Below are positions 10,565 through 23,277 of a DNA stretch of 64,000 nucleotides, piece after piece; positions within the stretch are counted from its first letter, which is position 1; each line of letters starts with the position of its first letter. Source of the stretch: Trichosphaerium sp. ATCC 40318 (lineage: Eukaryota; Protista; Tubulinea). The DNA lies in assembly GCA_038496445.1 (NCBI GenBank), contig JALMLS010000373.1, positions 1 through 64,000 of the forward strand. Direction: 5' to 3'. A model generated the notes under the pieces. The model ran no database searches, had not been told where the DNA came from, and was given only the letters and a program-made list of their open reading frames with translations. The position numbers and the translations under genes are program-made.

Positions 10565-13472
10565 TCAAATTTGAAGTTGTGACCTGTACTTCTTTGGAAA
10601 TAATTGATTTGGATGCATGCGTTCTGGGACGTTCTTCAAAAATTCGTGCTAGGCCGAGTATTAGTTTACAAGCGTAACGGTTTACCAAGACTCCAAAAAA
10701 AAAAAAAAGAAGTTCACCTTTAGTAATTTGGCAGCAGACGGCCTTTTTAGCTTATCGTATGTTGTACACAAGTCAAGAAAATCAAATGCTTTCTTACTCC
10801 AAAGCACTTTGGTTTCGTCAGGGAAAGCCTGGCAACCTACCATTTGGATTAAGATAAAAAGGGTAATCTTATCTTTTTTTTTTTATTTTCACATACCGTA
10901 TGTTGCGATTTGGTACACTTGGTAAAAAGGTTCTGAGAGCTCGTAAGGTGCTCTTCCAGTCATTATCTCATACATTGTGCATCCGACACTCCAAACATCG
11001 GCCTAGTAAAGATAAGAGATTAGATTTTTTATTTTCTTTTGTTCAAATCTTAATTAGTACGTACATTGCACCCATAACCCTCCGTTTTAATAATCTCTGG
11101 TGCCATATACAAACGTGTTCCAGCAATGCGAGTGTGCATATAAGTGCCAGGAGGACATTTTGTTGATACACCAAAGTCAGCTGCAACAAAATTAAATGTC
11201 AGCACGATTCGAGTTCGAAGTGAAAAAAGCGTGTTTGTTTTACCTAGTCGGACAATACCGTCGGTGTTAAGCATAATATTGAGACTTTTTATGTCTCTAT
11301 GGATGTACGTTTGTACATCATGGAGGTAACGTAAACCGCGAAGCATCTAAACATACATCAGAATTGAAACAAAAACCAAAGCCGAACTTACACTTCGCAA
11401 AATGTAACAAACTATGTCTTGAGGAGGCGTGCTATGAAATCGTATCCACTGTCTTAAATTACCAGCATCACAGTACTCCATAGCAATCTATTTTTTGCAA
11501 TAAGTCACGTGATTGTAATAATAACATAAAACGATATTGTTGTATTATTTGCAACACATTGAAGTGTGAGATGCGTACAGTTATACTATTTTGGTGCGTG
11601 TAAGTACCACAATAAGAGACTAGATTAGGATGATTAATATCCTTCATTATAGTAGCTTCAAACGCTATCTTTCCAACCCGTCGCTCTCCTGCAGGGAATT
11701 CTTTGAGCGCTACATACTACAAACCCCGTTAACACATATTTTTTTTTTCTCGTTTTTACCGTTAAAAACTACTCACCTTCTTATACCCATTCCCGTTTGT
11801 GGTACGATTTTTTCTTTTTGCCAAAAGAACCTTGGAAGTGGTGCTACAAAAAAACCCAACAATCAGCTGCTGCAAGAAAAACGCTTTACACAAAGTACCC
11901 GTGGTCAATTGTTGTGAGAAGTCTAAAAGCTTTTTTAGGATTAGTTTCAGCGATGAGATCCTTTGCTACAAGACAAGAAATATGAGCACTTATACGATAA
12001 GATTCGAATAGCGTACGTATGTCTCCCGGGTTAATTACAGAATGGGAATCATGTGCTATGAGCGGATACACTCCTTTGAAAGTATCTTTGATCTTAGGCA
12101 TTGGAACAATGTTTTTAGCTGGTTTCGAGATCCCAGTAAGTTTCTTCTTGCCATCAGAAGAGCTTCTATGTCTTTGTTTCTTTGGTTTCACGGGATGAGC
12201 AGAGCTTCTAGAACGTCTCCTAAGACCTGGAGATTTTTTCGCTAGTTCTGGTTTAAGAAGGACAGGCTCTAACTTGTGGTTATCAGAAATACTCAAAGCT
12301 CTTCGACGGCGTCTATTGTGAGGTTGTGAATTTCTCCGAGAGCGCTTCTAAGAATAAGAAGATATAGTCAGACAATAAAGTTCTTTCAGTTGTTTGTCCC
12401 AACAAAAGCGAAGAAGCTCACCTTAACCTCAAGCTGTTCTGCGACTTCTTTCATGTCCTTGTGCATGGTACCTTCTTTACCAGCTCTAAATAAATTGTAA
12501 ACAAAAACACGAGCAAGAGTTGTTTCTTTTTTTCCATCTTTCAAAAAACATACTGGTTAGTAATGTTGTTCCTGACAATGTTCATAGGAGGTGGAGTGCT
12601 CTTTCTTCTTTCGTGCTTTTTTCTTACATTAAGCCTCTTTTGTACTTTAAAGGCTCTTGATTTTGTGTCACAGCATTCTTCAGGTTCAGCTGCGATGCAT
12701 ACTAGCGCGTACTATGAGAAAAAAAAGCAAAAAAAAAGTAAACAGCTCGTGCCTTTAGGTACAATATCAAGAAGATCGTCCGTATGGCCTGCAGGCGGTA
12801 TACTTGAATCGCTGGCACTACAATAGAGTATTGATTATGGAAAAATGTTACAAACTGTCGCTGTTACCTCAATTTCAACAAAACGTTTCAAGAGAAGGTG
12901 TTTTTTTTCGAAAGGAACAGAAATGTCAAAACGTACCCTGAAAGGTGCTTAATCAGCGTTGGTGTATGGCTCTTACTACGCTTACGTTGTCCATGAGCGC
13001 CTATATGGTCAGATGTCTTGGTAGTTGAGGACTTGAAGTGAGTTGAAATGAGGCCGTCTTTCTTCTTCTTGAGCATTTGTTTCAGCTTGTACTTGTTCAC
13101 AGGGTAAACAGGGTTCTGGCAATCGGGAAAAGTCCGTGGGTTAAGAAGATACAGACACGATAGACTTGTAGACCAACCGTCATCACGCAAATGATCCAAC
13201 GTGACTTCGGGGCTACTCCACAGCATATTTCTGAGCTTTTGGTCCAACCCTGGTAGCAGCTAAAAACGCGTTAACGACGGTTGGTATTTTTGTGGCGTTT
13301 GTAGCCCTTAAACTGCTGTAACCGACGTATGCGGGTTACAAAACGATTGAAACCGCGCGAATACGGAAAGAGACGAAAAAGAAAAAAAAATGAAACAAAA
13401 GCCTTGAGCGCGTACGTCGTCTATGTATTTGAGCTTCTCCTTAGCTTTTTTACCTTTCGTGTAATCGGTCAT
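10565..13472 (-). CDS. STE20/PAK-like Ser/Thr protein kinase (multi-exon)
   Basis: Spliced exons give YVALKE, HPNLVSY, IAMEYCDAG, IHRDIKSLN, ADFGVS, GTRLYMAPE, ADVWSVG and KRPSAAKLLKHEF after a basic low-complexity N-terminus. The G-loop is degenerate (IDHGTTSKV). Confidence 0.9.
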
Positions 13473-13958
13473 TTGTCAGGTAGCCTATTTCGAGCCTAAG
13501 CGCAATATCTCTTTTACTTTTTGGGTGATTTAACGCGTCTAAAGGTGCCGTTTCGCAATTTAGTAACTTAGGATAAAAACAGAAATTGTGGACTCAATTG
13601 GACTTACACGGCTCGCTCGTTTTAGTAATTTGGTATTATGGTTTTCTGTATGTGTTGTGTAAGACCTTGACTGAAAGCTAAAGCCAGAATAAGCGCTAGT
13701 CGGAGACCATCTCCTTTTTAGGCTAAATTTAGAAATTGTAGTTGCAACGCGATACCCGAAACCGAGGTATTTAGGTAGCTCTGAAACCAGTTGTATGGTA
13801 AATGATAGTCAATTTCTTAAACACCGTTTGGAGCGCTGGGTACCAAGGTATCTTTGTATTCAAAGAATAACATTAAAACCTTGCGCGTGTCAAGGCTTAT
13901 GTTTGAAACAAACACACAGCAGCTATCTATTTTGTACAACTTGTTTTGTTTATTTATT

Positions 13959-16900
13959 CTATTTTGAGTGTATCACTTGACTTGACCTTGGTGTAAACTC
14001 ATCTTGTGATGCGCTTATCTGCAGCTCTGCTGGCGTTGGAGCATCACTAATCGAAGAAACCATTGTGTCTTTAAAGTCCTGATTCGTCATTCTCTCAAAG
14101 GTATCTCGCACTACTAGTGCTGATGGCCTTGAGCCTAAGAATATGAAAAGTTAGTGTACAACGCCAAATTGTTCTTGTGAATTGTTGTTTTATGTTCAAG
14201 AAAAAAAAGAAACGTTGGAAAAGTTAAGGGTGGTACTACTTACCTTGTTCGTATCTTACACAAGCCTCAACTACGTCTTGATATGGCTTTGGCCATAAAG
14301 TATTTACACGTGGACGTAAAGTTCCAGCTAATACACCTACACACAGTAAGCGATTGTTGAACTAATAAAAAAGCAACGTTACCTTCACGAATGTCCATGT
14401 CATTGGTGCCATGGTAAAGTAAACCGTCTCCGTATTGAGCGAGTTCCCACAAACAAGTACCAAGTGTGTAAATATCTGATGCTGTTGATACTTCTGAGGT
14501 TGCAAAGACCTGAAAGAAAGCTTAGCAATGTGGAATGACTTGGCTTTAGGTTACCTCAGGCGCACAACAGCGTGCTGGAATATCTCTGTACAGAGAGTGT
14601 TTATTGCTTGATTTTGTATCAAGTGCAAAACTGAAGTTGTGTATATGCGCATCCTCATTTTTAGACATCTAGTACAATTAGTTTTTTGGGTTTTTTTTGG
14701 GCTTTGCCACTGAGCAAGTCAAAAAACACGTGCGAGAATAGTATTTAGTGAAATGTAGTTATGTAAAATATTCATTGCGTGTAAGGCTGCGAGTCCATCA
14801 ACTACTTGAAACACAATGCGAATGAGTTTGTTCCTGTAGCAATGTTTAATAATAAGCTTAGCTTGATGACATCGAATGTATCTGGCTTACCATGGTATGA
14901 CGCCCTTGAATGACGCCATGTACTCTGACACTCTCATATCACAGAAATCTACAACCAATACTTGTTCGTTCTTATAGTACGACAACCCACGCAGTTTGTT
15001 AACGTTTTCAGGCCAAGGTTTGGATTGCGCAATTCGCCTTTAAAGATAGAAATTAACTCAAAAAAAAAAACCACTTTGAAGGTTTTCAACGTACGAGTAC
15101 ACCCGTAACTCATTTTCAAACCTTCTCTTATCTGTTGATGTAGCAGTATGTCTTGTCAAGAATTTAGCAACTACATCTATTTTCTTGTAGGTCGCCTTTT
15201 TGTCAAGATAAGCATGCAGTAATATAGCAAGAATACGACTTACCTTAAAAATGAACCCGAAAGAATCACCTGTACCAATATTATCAATAATCTTTAGATC
15301 GTAGTACGGGATAACAGGAATATTCTATTGATGTTGCAGTGAGTAATGGGATAACCACTACGACTTAATTTTTGTACCTGCATCGATTCACTTGTGTGAA
15401 GAATTGTATCAGCAGCGTTTTCTGCTTTAGCCAATTCACGCAGTAATTTCTTTATTGCACTCTTTGTTTTATCGGATTCGTTCTCACTGTTTAGCAGTTT
15501 CTTTAGCGCTAGAATACATTCATGTACTTCAGCCCAACCCCAATTAGGACTAAACAAAGACTATGTTAGACTGACTGCAAAGGCAAAAGGGTTATTTTGT
15601 GCTGGTCTAGCAAGATGTGGTTTTTTGTTTTACTTTCATACAAGTTCACTGCACCATTAACGTGCCTACTACCTGCCATATCAATGGCAACACAAAACCT
15701 CTTTCCAGCAGCTAGAATAAAATTTGTGTTCCAAGGCTTTGTTGCTCGTCCTTTTTGCATCAAGATTCTCGCCCATCTATGTACCGTTATTTTATAGTTT
15801 ATAATGATTGGTCTTACCTGTACATAGGTCTAGGGCTATCTGGTGCTTTAGCATGCGCTGTTGCAAACGCTATATCAGCTTCTACATATGCAGCAGGCTC
15901 CGTTGGATTCTAAGGAAGGTAGGCTGTTAGTATTACGAAAATTGGTGGAGATTCTGTGGTTGATTCTCGTCTTACCAGCTCAAAGAGTGCTCTAGCGTAT
16001 AAGCTCCAACATTCTGCGCTAGAATCGTCCAGCTGAATGGATATTTTAGTCCATTTGACAACAGTTTCAAGCATCTTTGTGTCTTGTACAAAATGTTAGT
16101 TGGATGTATACTTGATATTCGTTAAAAGTGTACCTAGAGCCGAAAACCATTTATACATTCTGTAAGTTGCGAGTCCATATAAGTATGCCGCCTCTCCATC
16201 AGTGGATTTGATGCGAAGGTATTCGCGATACCTACTCAATGCCTTGATTTGAATGCGTAAGCACGTGATGAAATAAAAAGAATAAAGTGGATATGTTACC
16301 ATTGATAACAAACTCTTGTTACGTCGCTTCATGCCCAGTTGTTGAAGAATATTAGCTAGTAAGCGTAATACTTTAACATCATTGTTTTCACCAAACGTTG
16401 ATAGAAGGTATTCAAGGCGATTTCGGGCCATCTCTATCGACAATAAAATATTAGAGGAAAAAAAAAAGTTTGTCGACAAAGCTCTTACCCAGTAATCGCA
16501 CCGCTTTTAATAGATTGGTTTCACCTGTGCCAAGCTCGTATAGAACCTTACTGAGGTTATATAATTCTCCCCAGCCACCAGGTACTAACTTTGTTGCATC
16601 TGGAAACATAGCGAGTGAGGACTTGGTTCACAGGGCAATGTGTTAGGTATTTAATCTGTACCTTCAAATTTGCTAAGACTTGACTCGTACAGCCATTTTA
16701 GCTCTTCAGAATTCGATGCGGAAGCTGTTTTCATCAACAAAAGAGTACCTTCAATGAAAGGTATCAGATTGACCGTTTTAACTATCTCCCGAATACTAAC
16801 TAAAATAAAGAAACATGTTAGCAATATGACAATAATTAAGGTCATCAATAAGTTACCAATATCAAGACCATTCAAAGGCCGTTCCCTCTCAAACCAAGAA

Positions 16901-19639
16901 GGCACTGAAGAATATTTCTTTGCTGGAGGTGTTAACTCCATACTTATAAGCGACTGGACTCTTGCAAAGACTTTAACGAGTAGCTCTTTTTCCTGAAATA
17001 AAGTTAACAATCAACCAAGAAAAGTTCGTAGTAAACATACCTTTATTCTGCAACTAAATAGAAGCTCCTCGGAAGAAAGAGCCCTCTCAAATTTTAGGTT
17101 GATACCAGGCTTTATAAACTTTTGCCTTATGATTGGTTAGCGCTCTTGAGAATGTTTTGTTGTGTACCAATGTTGCATGGAATTGTCTGTTGTTCCTAGA
17201 ACCTATTTTGGTGAGTATAAGTATGAAAACAATACAAAGAAAAAAAAAGAGGAAAAGAATGAGATTTTAAGTAGTTGAGTACGCACAAGGTTGAGGTATT
17301 CAACTGTCTTTGCTTTGTATGCTTCATCTTCAACAGTATGAGTGAATGCTCTTGATGCTTGCCGCCATAATTTACGTAATGTGTCTTTAATGAATCGTGC
17401 TATCATTTCAACAAGTGCAATGTTTTTTAATTGCTTTGTCTTTGCACAACGCCGGATACGGCCTAGATGCCTTATATTTATACCAGTTCTAAACCCGTTA
17501 GTTATTTTCTGATCACCTTAATACAACATTGTAGATGTGGGTAAAAAGTATCAACATTAATCACAGTACCTGTGCATCTCTTCAACGAGAGTAACTTCAA
17601 GTTGTTTTGTAACATTTTGTTGCCACTTCTTTGAAAATCCAGTGAAATAATTTTGCTTGTTGTAGCCCTCTGAAGCAATCAAGTCCCTCTCTATACGCTA
17701 CAGAAAACTCAACGTGATTAGTTGACAGAACGTCATAAAACAATCCAACTTTCAGAAATAAAAGCGAAAATCATTCACAAGGTAAACTGAATGTAGCACG
17801 TGTTATGTACCTGTACAAATTCTGGGATTACTATTTTGAACAGGTAGTGAGTTGCTTCTGTTATTTCTTTGTCATGTTCTAACTTATTAGCTTCTCCCAA
17901 TTTCGAAAAAGCGTCTGAACTCAATGGTGCTGACAAGGAAAGATTAGATTCCTTTGGATGTATTTTTTTGTTTCCTTACTCTTGTACTTTCTGACAAATT
18001 CTGGCCGCAACAATCGATACAATCTGGCGCCCTTACGTTTATGTCTCTTTTTATCAGGACCAAGGGGATATTCGGGAGGAAACACACGAGAAAAATCGAC
18101 AACTGCAAGAGTAAGCATGTCAAACAATTACAGCGGCATGTGTCGTACCATAGAACCTATTATCCAGCTGGAAAATAACAAAGCGTTAGTGAATTCACAA
18201 AAAGGAACTAACTGTGTACGAAAAAAAAAAAAAAGACAACGTACTTTTCCTAAATGACCTTCTATATCAGCTGGTGCATGCAACTCAATGAGGTTGTTAG
18301 GACCAGATCCAACTGCATGTCCTTTGAGGTTTAACCTACGCGCAACTTCTTTCATCTTGGCGGCTAATTGTGGGTTTCTATTTTCAACAGTCATCCCAGC
18401 ATTGTGAGAGCCCTAAATTAACGTTAATCACGTGATCAGTTTGGAACCAAACGCCAACTTTTGTACTGAAAAAAAAGAACAAGATGTTCCCACAAAACCA
18501 CCAACGTTATCAATGCGGAGGTAGACTTTTGCCAACGTACGTAAACTATTGTAGTTTTATCTATTGGAAGAATAGTCTCTGCGATCAGGCGGTAGCCGCG
18601 GTAATCTAAGTGGGAAACAAAAGTTAGAGGCTGTTCGTTTTCTTTTGTTGTAAAGGTAAACACGCAACAATACCGTGCCTATGAAAGCCAGTAGAGGCAA
18701 GTGAACTCCTTCAACACCGGCAGAGTAATATCCCATCAATCCTTTTAATTCATGGCCTTGAGTATTTGTTAGTGGACCAAAGGTTTCTTTGTCAAAAAAA
18801 AAACTTACCTCCTGCTTTTAGAGCAAATTCATCGCCGTCGTAGATATTTTTATTGTCAATTGAGAATTTAAAAATGACGCCTCGTTTGATGTATTTATCA
18901 CCACCTAGGTGTCACCATCAGGAAAATTCCGTCAAGAGCACAAAAAAATCAAGAAAAACAAAAACCATTAGTTTACCTGCAATACCGCCAATCTGTGCTG
19001 TGAGAGGTTTGATGGTTTTTTCAGATGGTGGTAGATGGCGCTCACATATTATAATCTTACCATACCTTATTTAAAGACAATTAAAACATGGAACAGCGCA
19101 ACAAACAAAATTTTCGTAAATGTAGTTTGTTTTTAATTTGGAAATCGTTGCACGTGGTTTATACTCTGCGTACGTAGTAGCCAAGTATACAAAGTTCTTT
19201 GCAAGCCTTAGTAGTTCCCGATAAAAAGGTGCCAGGCGTGAGTTTTCTTCATTTGTACGCCTGGTGATATCTATCGTATTTCCAAGCGAATCGACAAGAT
19301 CTTGGTATTCCTGGAGATGTTAGGAACTGTCAAACAAAAAACTCGACCAGAAGCATAGAAACGCACCTTATTCCACGCCAGAGACCAATCACCGGTTGTC
19401 AAGCTTGCTGGAAGCACTACTTTCGTATCGTACTCGAAAGAATCGCCAGTATCCTTGCGAAAATCTGGTAAACTGTCGTTGCCATCGTATGATTCAGGTG
19501 GCGAGTCATAATCAAGTAGATCAGGGTGCTGGTCGTCGTAATTTGGGTCAGTTTGATCTACTGGAAGATCTAAGGTGCGTGGCCCATAGTATAGGGGCGT
19601 TGTATACTGGTCAGCGTCGTCATCGTCTTTATTAGACAT
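13959..19639 (-). CDS. Clu-domain + TPR-like + C-terminal pseudokinase protein (~25 introns)
   Basis: Clu motifs GGIAGGDKY, GHELKGL, IDYRGYRL, ADIEGHLG, YVVDFSRVFPPE, RLLRPEFV, PLSSDAFS and EMHRTGINIRHLG. TPR-like helices follow, then a TKL-like kinase fold (IGTGDSFG, VVAK, LHNY, HNFSFA, CAPE, SDIYTLG, RPS). Confidence 0.85.
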
Positions 19640-19862
19640 TTTTAACGTAAGTTGTTAAACACTCACCGCGCAAAAAAAAAAACGCCAACAGGTTGTAAAA
19701 GCGTGTAGTAAATTTGTTGTTGTACCAACGGCGTCAATTTTAAGCCAACCGGCACAACTTAGCGGAGAAACCAACTAAGAACCCTACGAAGACCCAGCTT
19801 TTCCCCCTTCATTATATTATGAACCACAATCCCGCCAATTGCTGAAGAACAAAAAAGCTGAA

Positions 19863-20491
19863 ATGACACAGAAACAATCCTCACGGTTAGATATAACGCG
19901 GGATAAAGAAAATACATGCTACTTTTGCAACTCTAAACGTAAATACACTTGTTTTATGTGTAACACTTCCACGTGCTCTAAAGACGCCCATACTTTTGTA
20001 AATATTCAAATGAGGCGTGGAAAAGAGTATAGAACGACTACATCAAAGATATGTAACAATTGCGACCAGATTAACAACGTTCTTGTTCAATACAGGTGAG
20101 TACACTCATAAACGTTGGTTTTTCTACAATTCTCAGTGGCGCGGTTTGAAGTTTACTTTTTTGTTGAATCTCGGCCTTTTTTTGCCAAATTGGCGCCATC
20201 GCGCGTTTATTACTGGTCTAACGATGATCGTTTAGGAATAGTCTAGAAAACGACATGCTTTGCTGTGGGTTATGTATACCAGTAACGATAATAAACAAGT
20301 CCAAGAGGAAGAAAATGGAGAAGAAAGTATTAAAAAGGTTAAAACAATTGCCCTTCACAGTTCATGGTGATGATCAATTCACAAGCATTCAAAAATTTCC
20401 TTTAACACCTGGAGTTTGTGGAGAAGAGAATATAACTCCTTTGTATGTTAATGTATCAAAAGAAGAGGTTGAACTCGAGTTTTATCTGTAA
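19863..20491 (+). CDS. Small Cys-rich (HIT/B-box-like zinc finger) hypothetical protein, 2 exons
   Basis: CYFC..KYTCFMC..CS..H and ICNNC motifs. A GT-AG intron at 20097-20235 joins the two ORFs in frame. Confidence 0.6.
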
Positions 20492-20895
20492 AAAAAAACA
20501 AGAGTGAAATAAAAATTAGTATGGGTTAGCACGTGTTGTGTAACATTATTGCCCCTTGAAATCAATATAAGATATACGCCACAAAGTTATGGCAAGGTAC
20601 AGTGGTTCACGTGATAGAGTGTATAGGGTTCTTGGTTGTTGCTACTGTAACCAAAACTGTTGTATGAGAATTTGCTAGTTCCAATGCTAGAAGGCATCGC
20701 TGACAGGCGAGAACTCAGGAATCTACAGCATAATTATATTATTCATGGCGTTTTCGATGACTACGTTGTGGCCAGTTAAAAGATTTTCAAACTGATCTGT
20801 CAATGGAATGATGTAGTGACTAGTTTATTATTTCTGAATGACAAGCTCTAGTTACGGACAAATGGACATGTTATAATCAATATAACATAAGTACT

Positions 20896-21941
20896 TTAAA
20901 CCATGTTCTTCTTGCAATGATCAAGGAGTATTCCCAAGGCTTCATGAGTCCTATCAAAAGTTAGCACAAAAACCCATTTGTAGAAGAATTATTTGTACCT
21001 CTTGACGTTCAACTCGTTTGTAAAATCGGCACGTGCAGAGCACCATCCATGGTGCATATCATCAAAGCGCTGATAGTGGCACTTAGAACCATAAGCAGAT
21101 TCCTTCATTGCTTTTTGAAGCTCTTCAAATTGTTGTTCGTCTTTTGAAGGCAAGAACACAATTGGTGATTTAACTTTTGACATGAGTTCTGCGTTACACA
21201 AGCTAGCTGGATGAGCACCGCCACATACCTGTAAAAATATATTAACAAACCTTATGAGAAAAGTAATCAAAGCAAAATTAGGTTTGAACGACACGAAACA
21301 CTAACCAACAAGTTGCTTTTGGCAGAACAAAAATCGGAGAAATAAAAAAACGTAAAAACTAACCTTAAACAAACCAGTAGCGGAAGCGTGTAATGCCATG
21401 AGTACGCCCCAACAGAACCCATAAAAAGCCATCTTAGTTGCACCTTTTTCTTTCAAGAAAGCAACAACCTAAACCGTACAAATCATGACCACGTGTCGAC
21501 GTCAAAAGGCATTTTCAAATTTACCTTTTTGAAGTCTGGTTGTATGACTTCCCAAGTTCCAGCCTCACCTATCCATTTCTTAAGCCCTGACCAATCCTTT
21601 GGAGGGAACCCCTCAAGAGGCCATGGGTTTCCTTTAAAAAAATCCGGCATAACAACGTAATAACCTGCAGCTGCTAGTATATCACATACTTGTTGTGTAT
21701 TAGGATGTATCCTGCGATATATTTTAGTTTAAACAGCGAAGATGTCTTTTCGAAAAGTTTTTGTTTTTTATTGCTTCGTTTTGTACCCAAATATATCGTA
21801 TCCTATTATTATCGCTTTATCGCATTGTTTACCAGTTTCATAGACTTTTAAGCCTTCAACGTCAATAAATTGACCTGTTGGTTTATAATTTGATGTAACG
21901 ATTGGTTTTACGTCAGTAGGACAACAGTTGCCTTCACTCAT
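20896..21941 (-). CDS. Dienelactone hydrolase family protein
   Basis: YDIFG, MPDFFKGNPW, nucleophile motif GFCWG, GAHP and MHHGWCSAR across five exons. Confidence 0.92.
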
Positions 21942-22283
21942 ACTGGTTGTAAGCGTGTAAACCAGTCAAGACTGTTAAAATTGATCCTTTTCCGAAAGTT
22001 CGTACAATCTCCAAAGAGACGAATTCGTTACATTTCCTAAACAAACATACTTTTTGAAACAACGATTAAACCAATCACGTGATCTACTAAAAAGACTTGT
22101 AATTGTTTGGCACGGCTCAGTATAGTCTTGTCAATTCTGTACAATGTATCAAAGACAAGTGTTTTTTTGAATTCGAAAAAAGAAGTCATAAAACAAAATC
22201 AAGTCCAAAAGCGTTTTAGTTATTTACAACACTTGATGCCTCCTACTTTACAAAAGTGTTCGCTTCTTTGGTTTTTTCTTTTA

Positions 22284-23245
22284 TTAATTGAATCCAGCGG
22301 AGTCTAAAAAAACCAAAGTAAGCACAAAGAAACAAATAACAGAAACAACAAAGTCAAAAAAATCAACAATAAGAAAAAAAGTGTTTCCCGTACTTAGCAA
22401 ACGCTCAATAGCCAATTGAACTGATCCATTGGTTTGTTGAAGAGCCAATATACAAGCTTGATTATTCGTAAAGCCCATACCATTCAACTGTGCAATTTGT
22501 GCTTGAAATTTTTCTTCAGGTGGTCTGTTATCAACTGGAATTTGAGGTTGAGGTTGAGCTGTACCACCCATATTGCCGCCCATGTTACCGCCCATATTGG
22601 CAAACATTTGAGCCATTGGGTTGGGTTGCGCTTGGGCTGTACCAGTGGTACCACCTGTGCTACCTGTATTGGGTGTTCCTTGATTTGCTGTACCTGGCTG
22701 AGGGCCGCTACAACACGAGTAAGTACAACAACATAAAACCTTAAAAAAACTTTAAGCTATTCAAAGAGAAACGTACAACATGCCACCCATGCCGCCACCC
22801 ATGCCGCCCATATTTGGCATGCCGCCCATACCGCCCATGCCGCCCATGCCGCCCATGCCACCCATGGCAGCTTGCATTTGCATGATTTGTTGAAGCATTT
22901 GTGGATTTGCAAGCATTTGACGAAGTTGGGGGCTCTGTAATGCTTGTCGAAGTTGAGGTTGTTGGTTCATTAAATTTTGCATCATTGGGTTGTTATTTAT
23001 CATCTAATTGAAGGAAAAATAAATTAGTCTTATTGTTCCCTACCAACTCTTGGACTACCAAGGTCATACCTGGTCGAGCATTTGTGGGTTTTGTAAAATT
23101 TGTTGAAGCATCTGTTGAACGAATGGGTTGCCCATCATTTGTGCCATCTGACACGTGTCAAAAAAAAAGTCGATAAACCTAGAAAACAATGCAGAAATTT
23201 CCGTACCTGTTGAGGGTTCATACCACCCAGTCCGCCCATGCCGCC

Positions 23246-23277
<32 letters not shown>

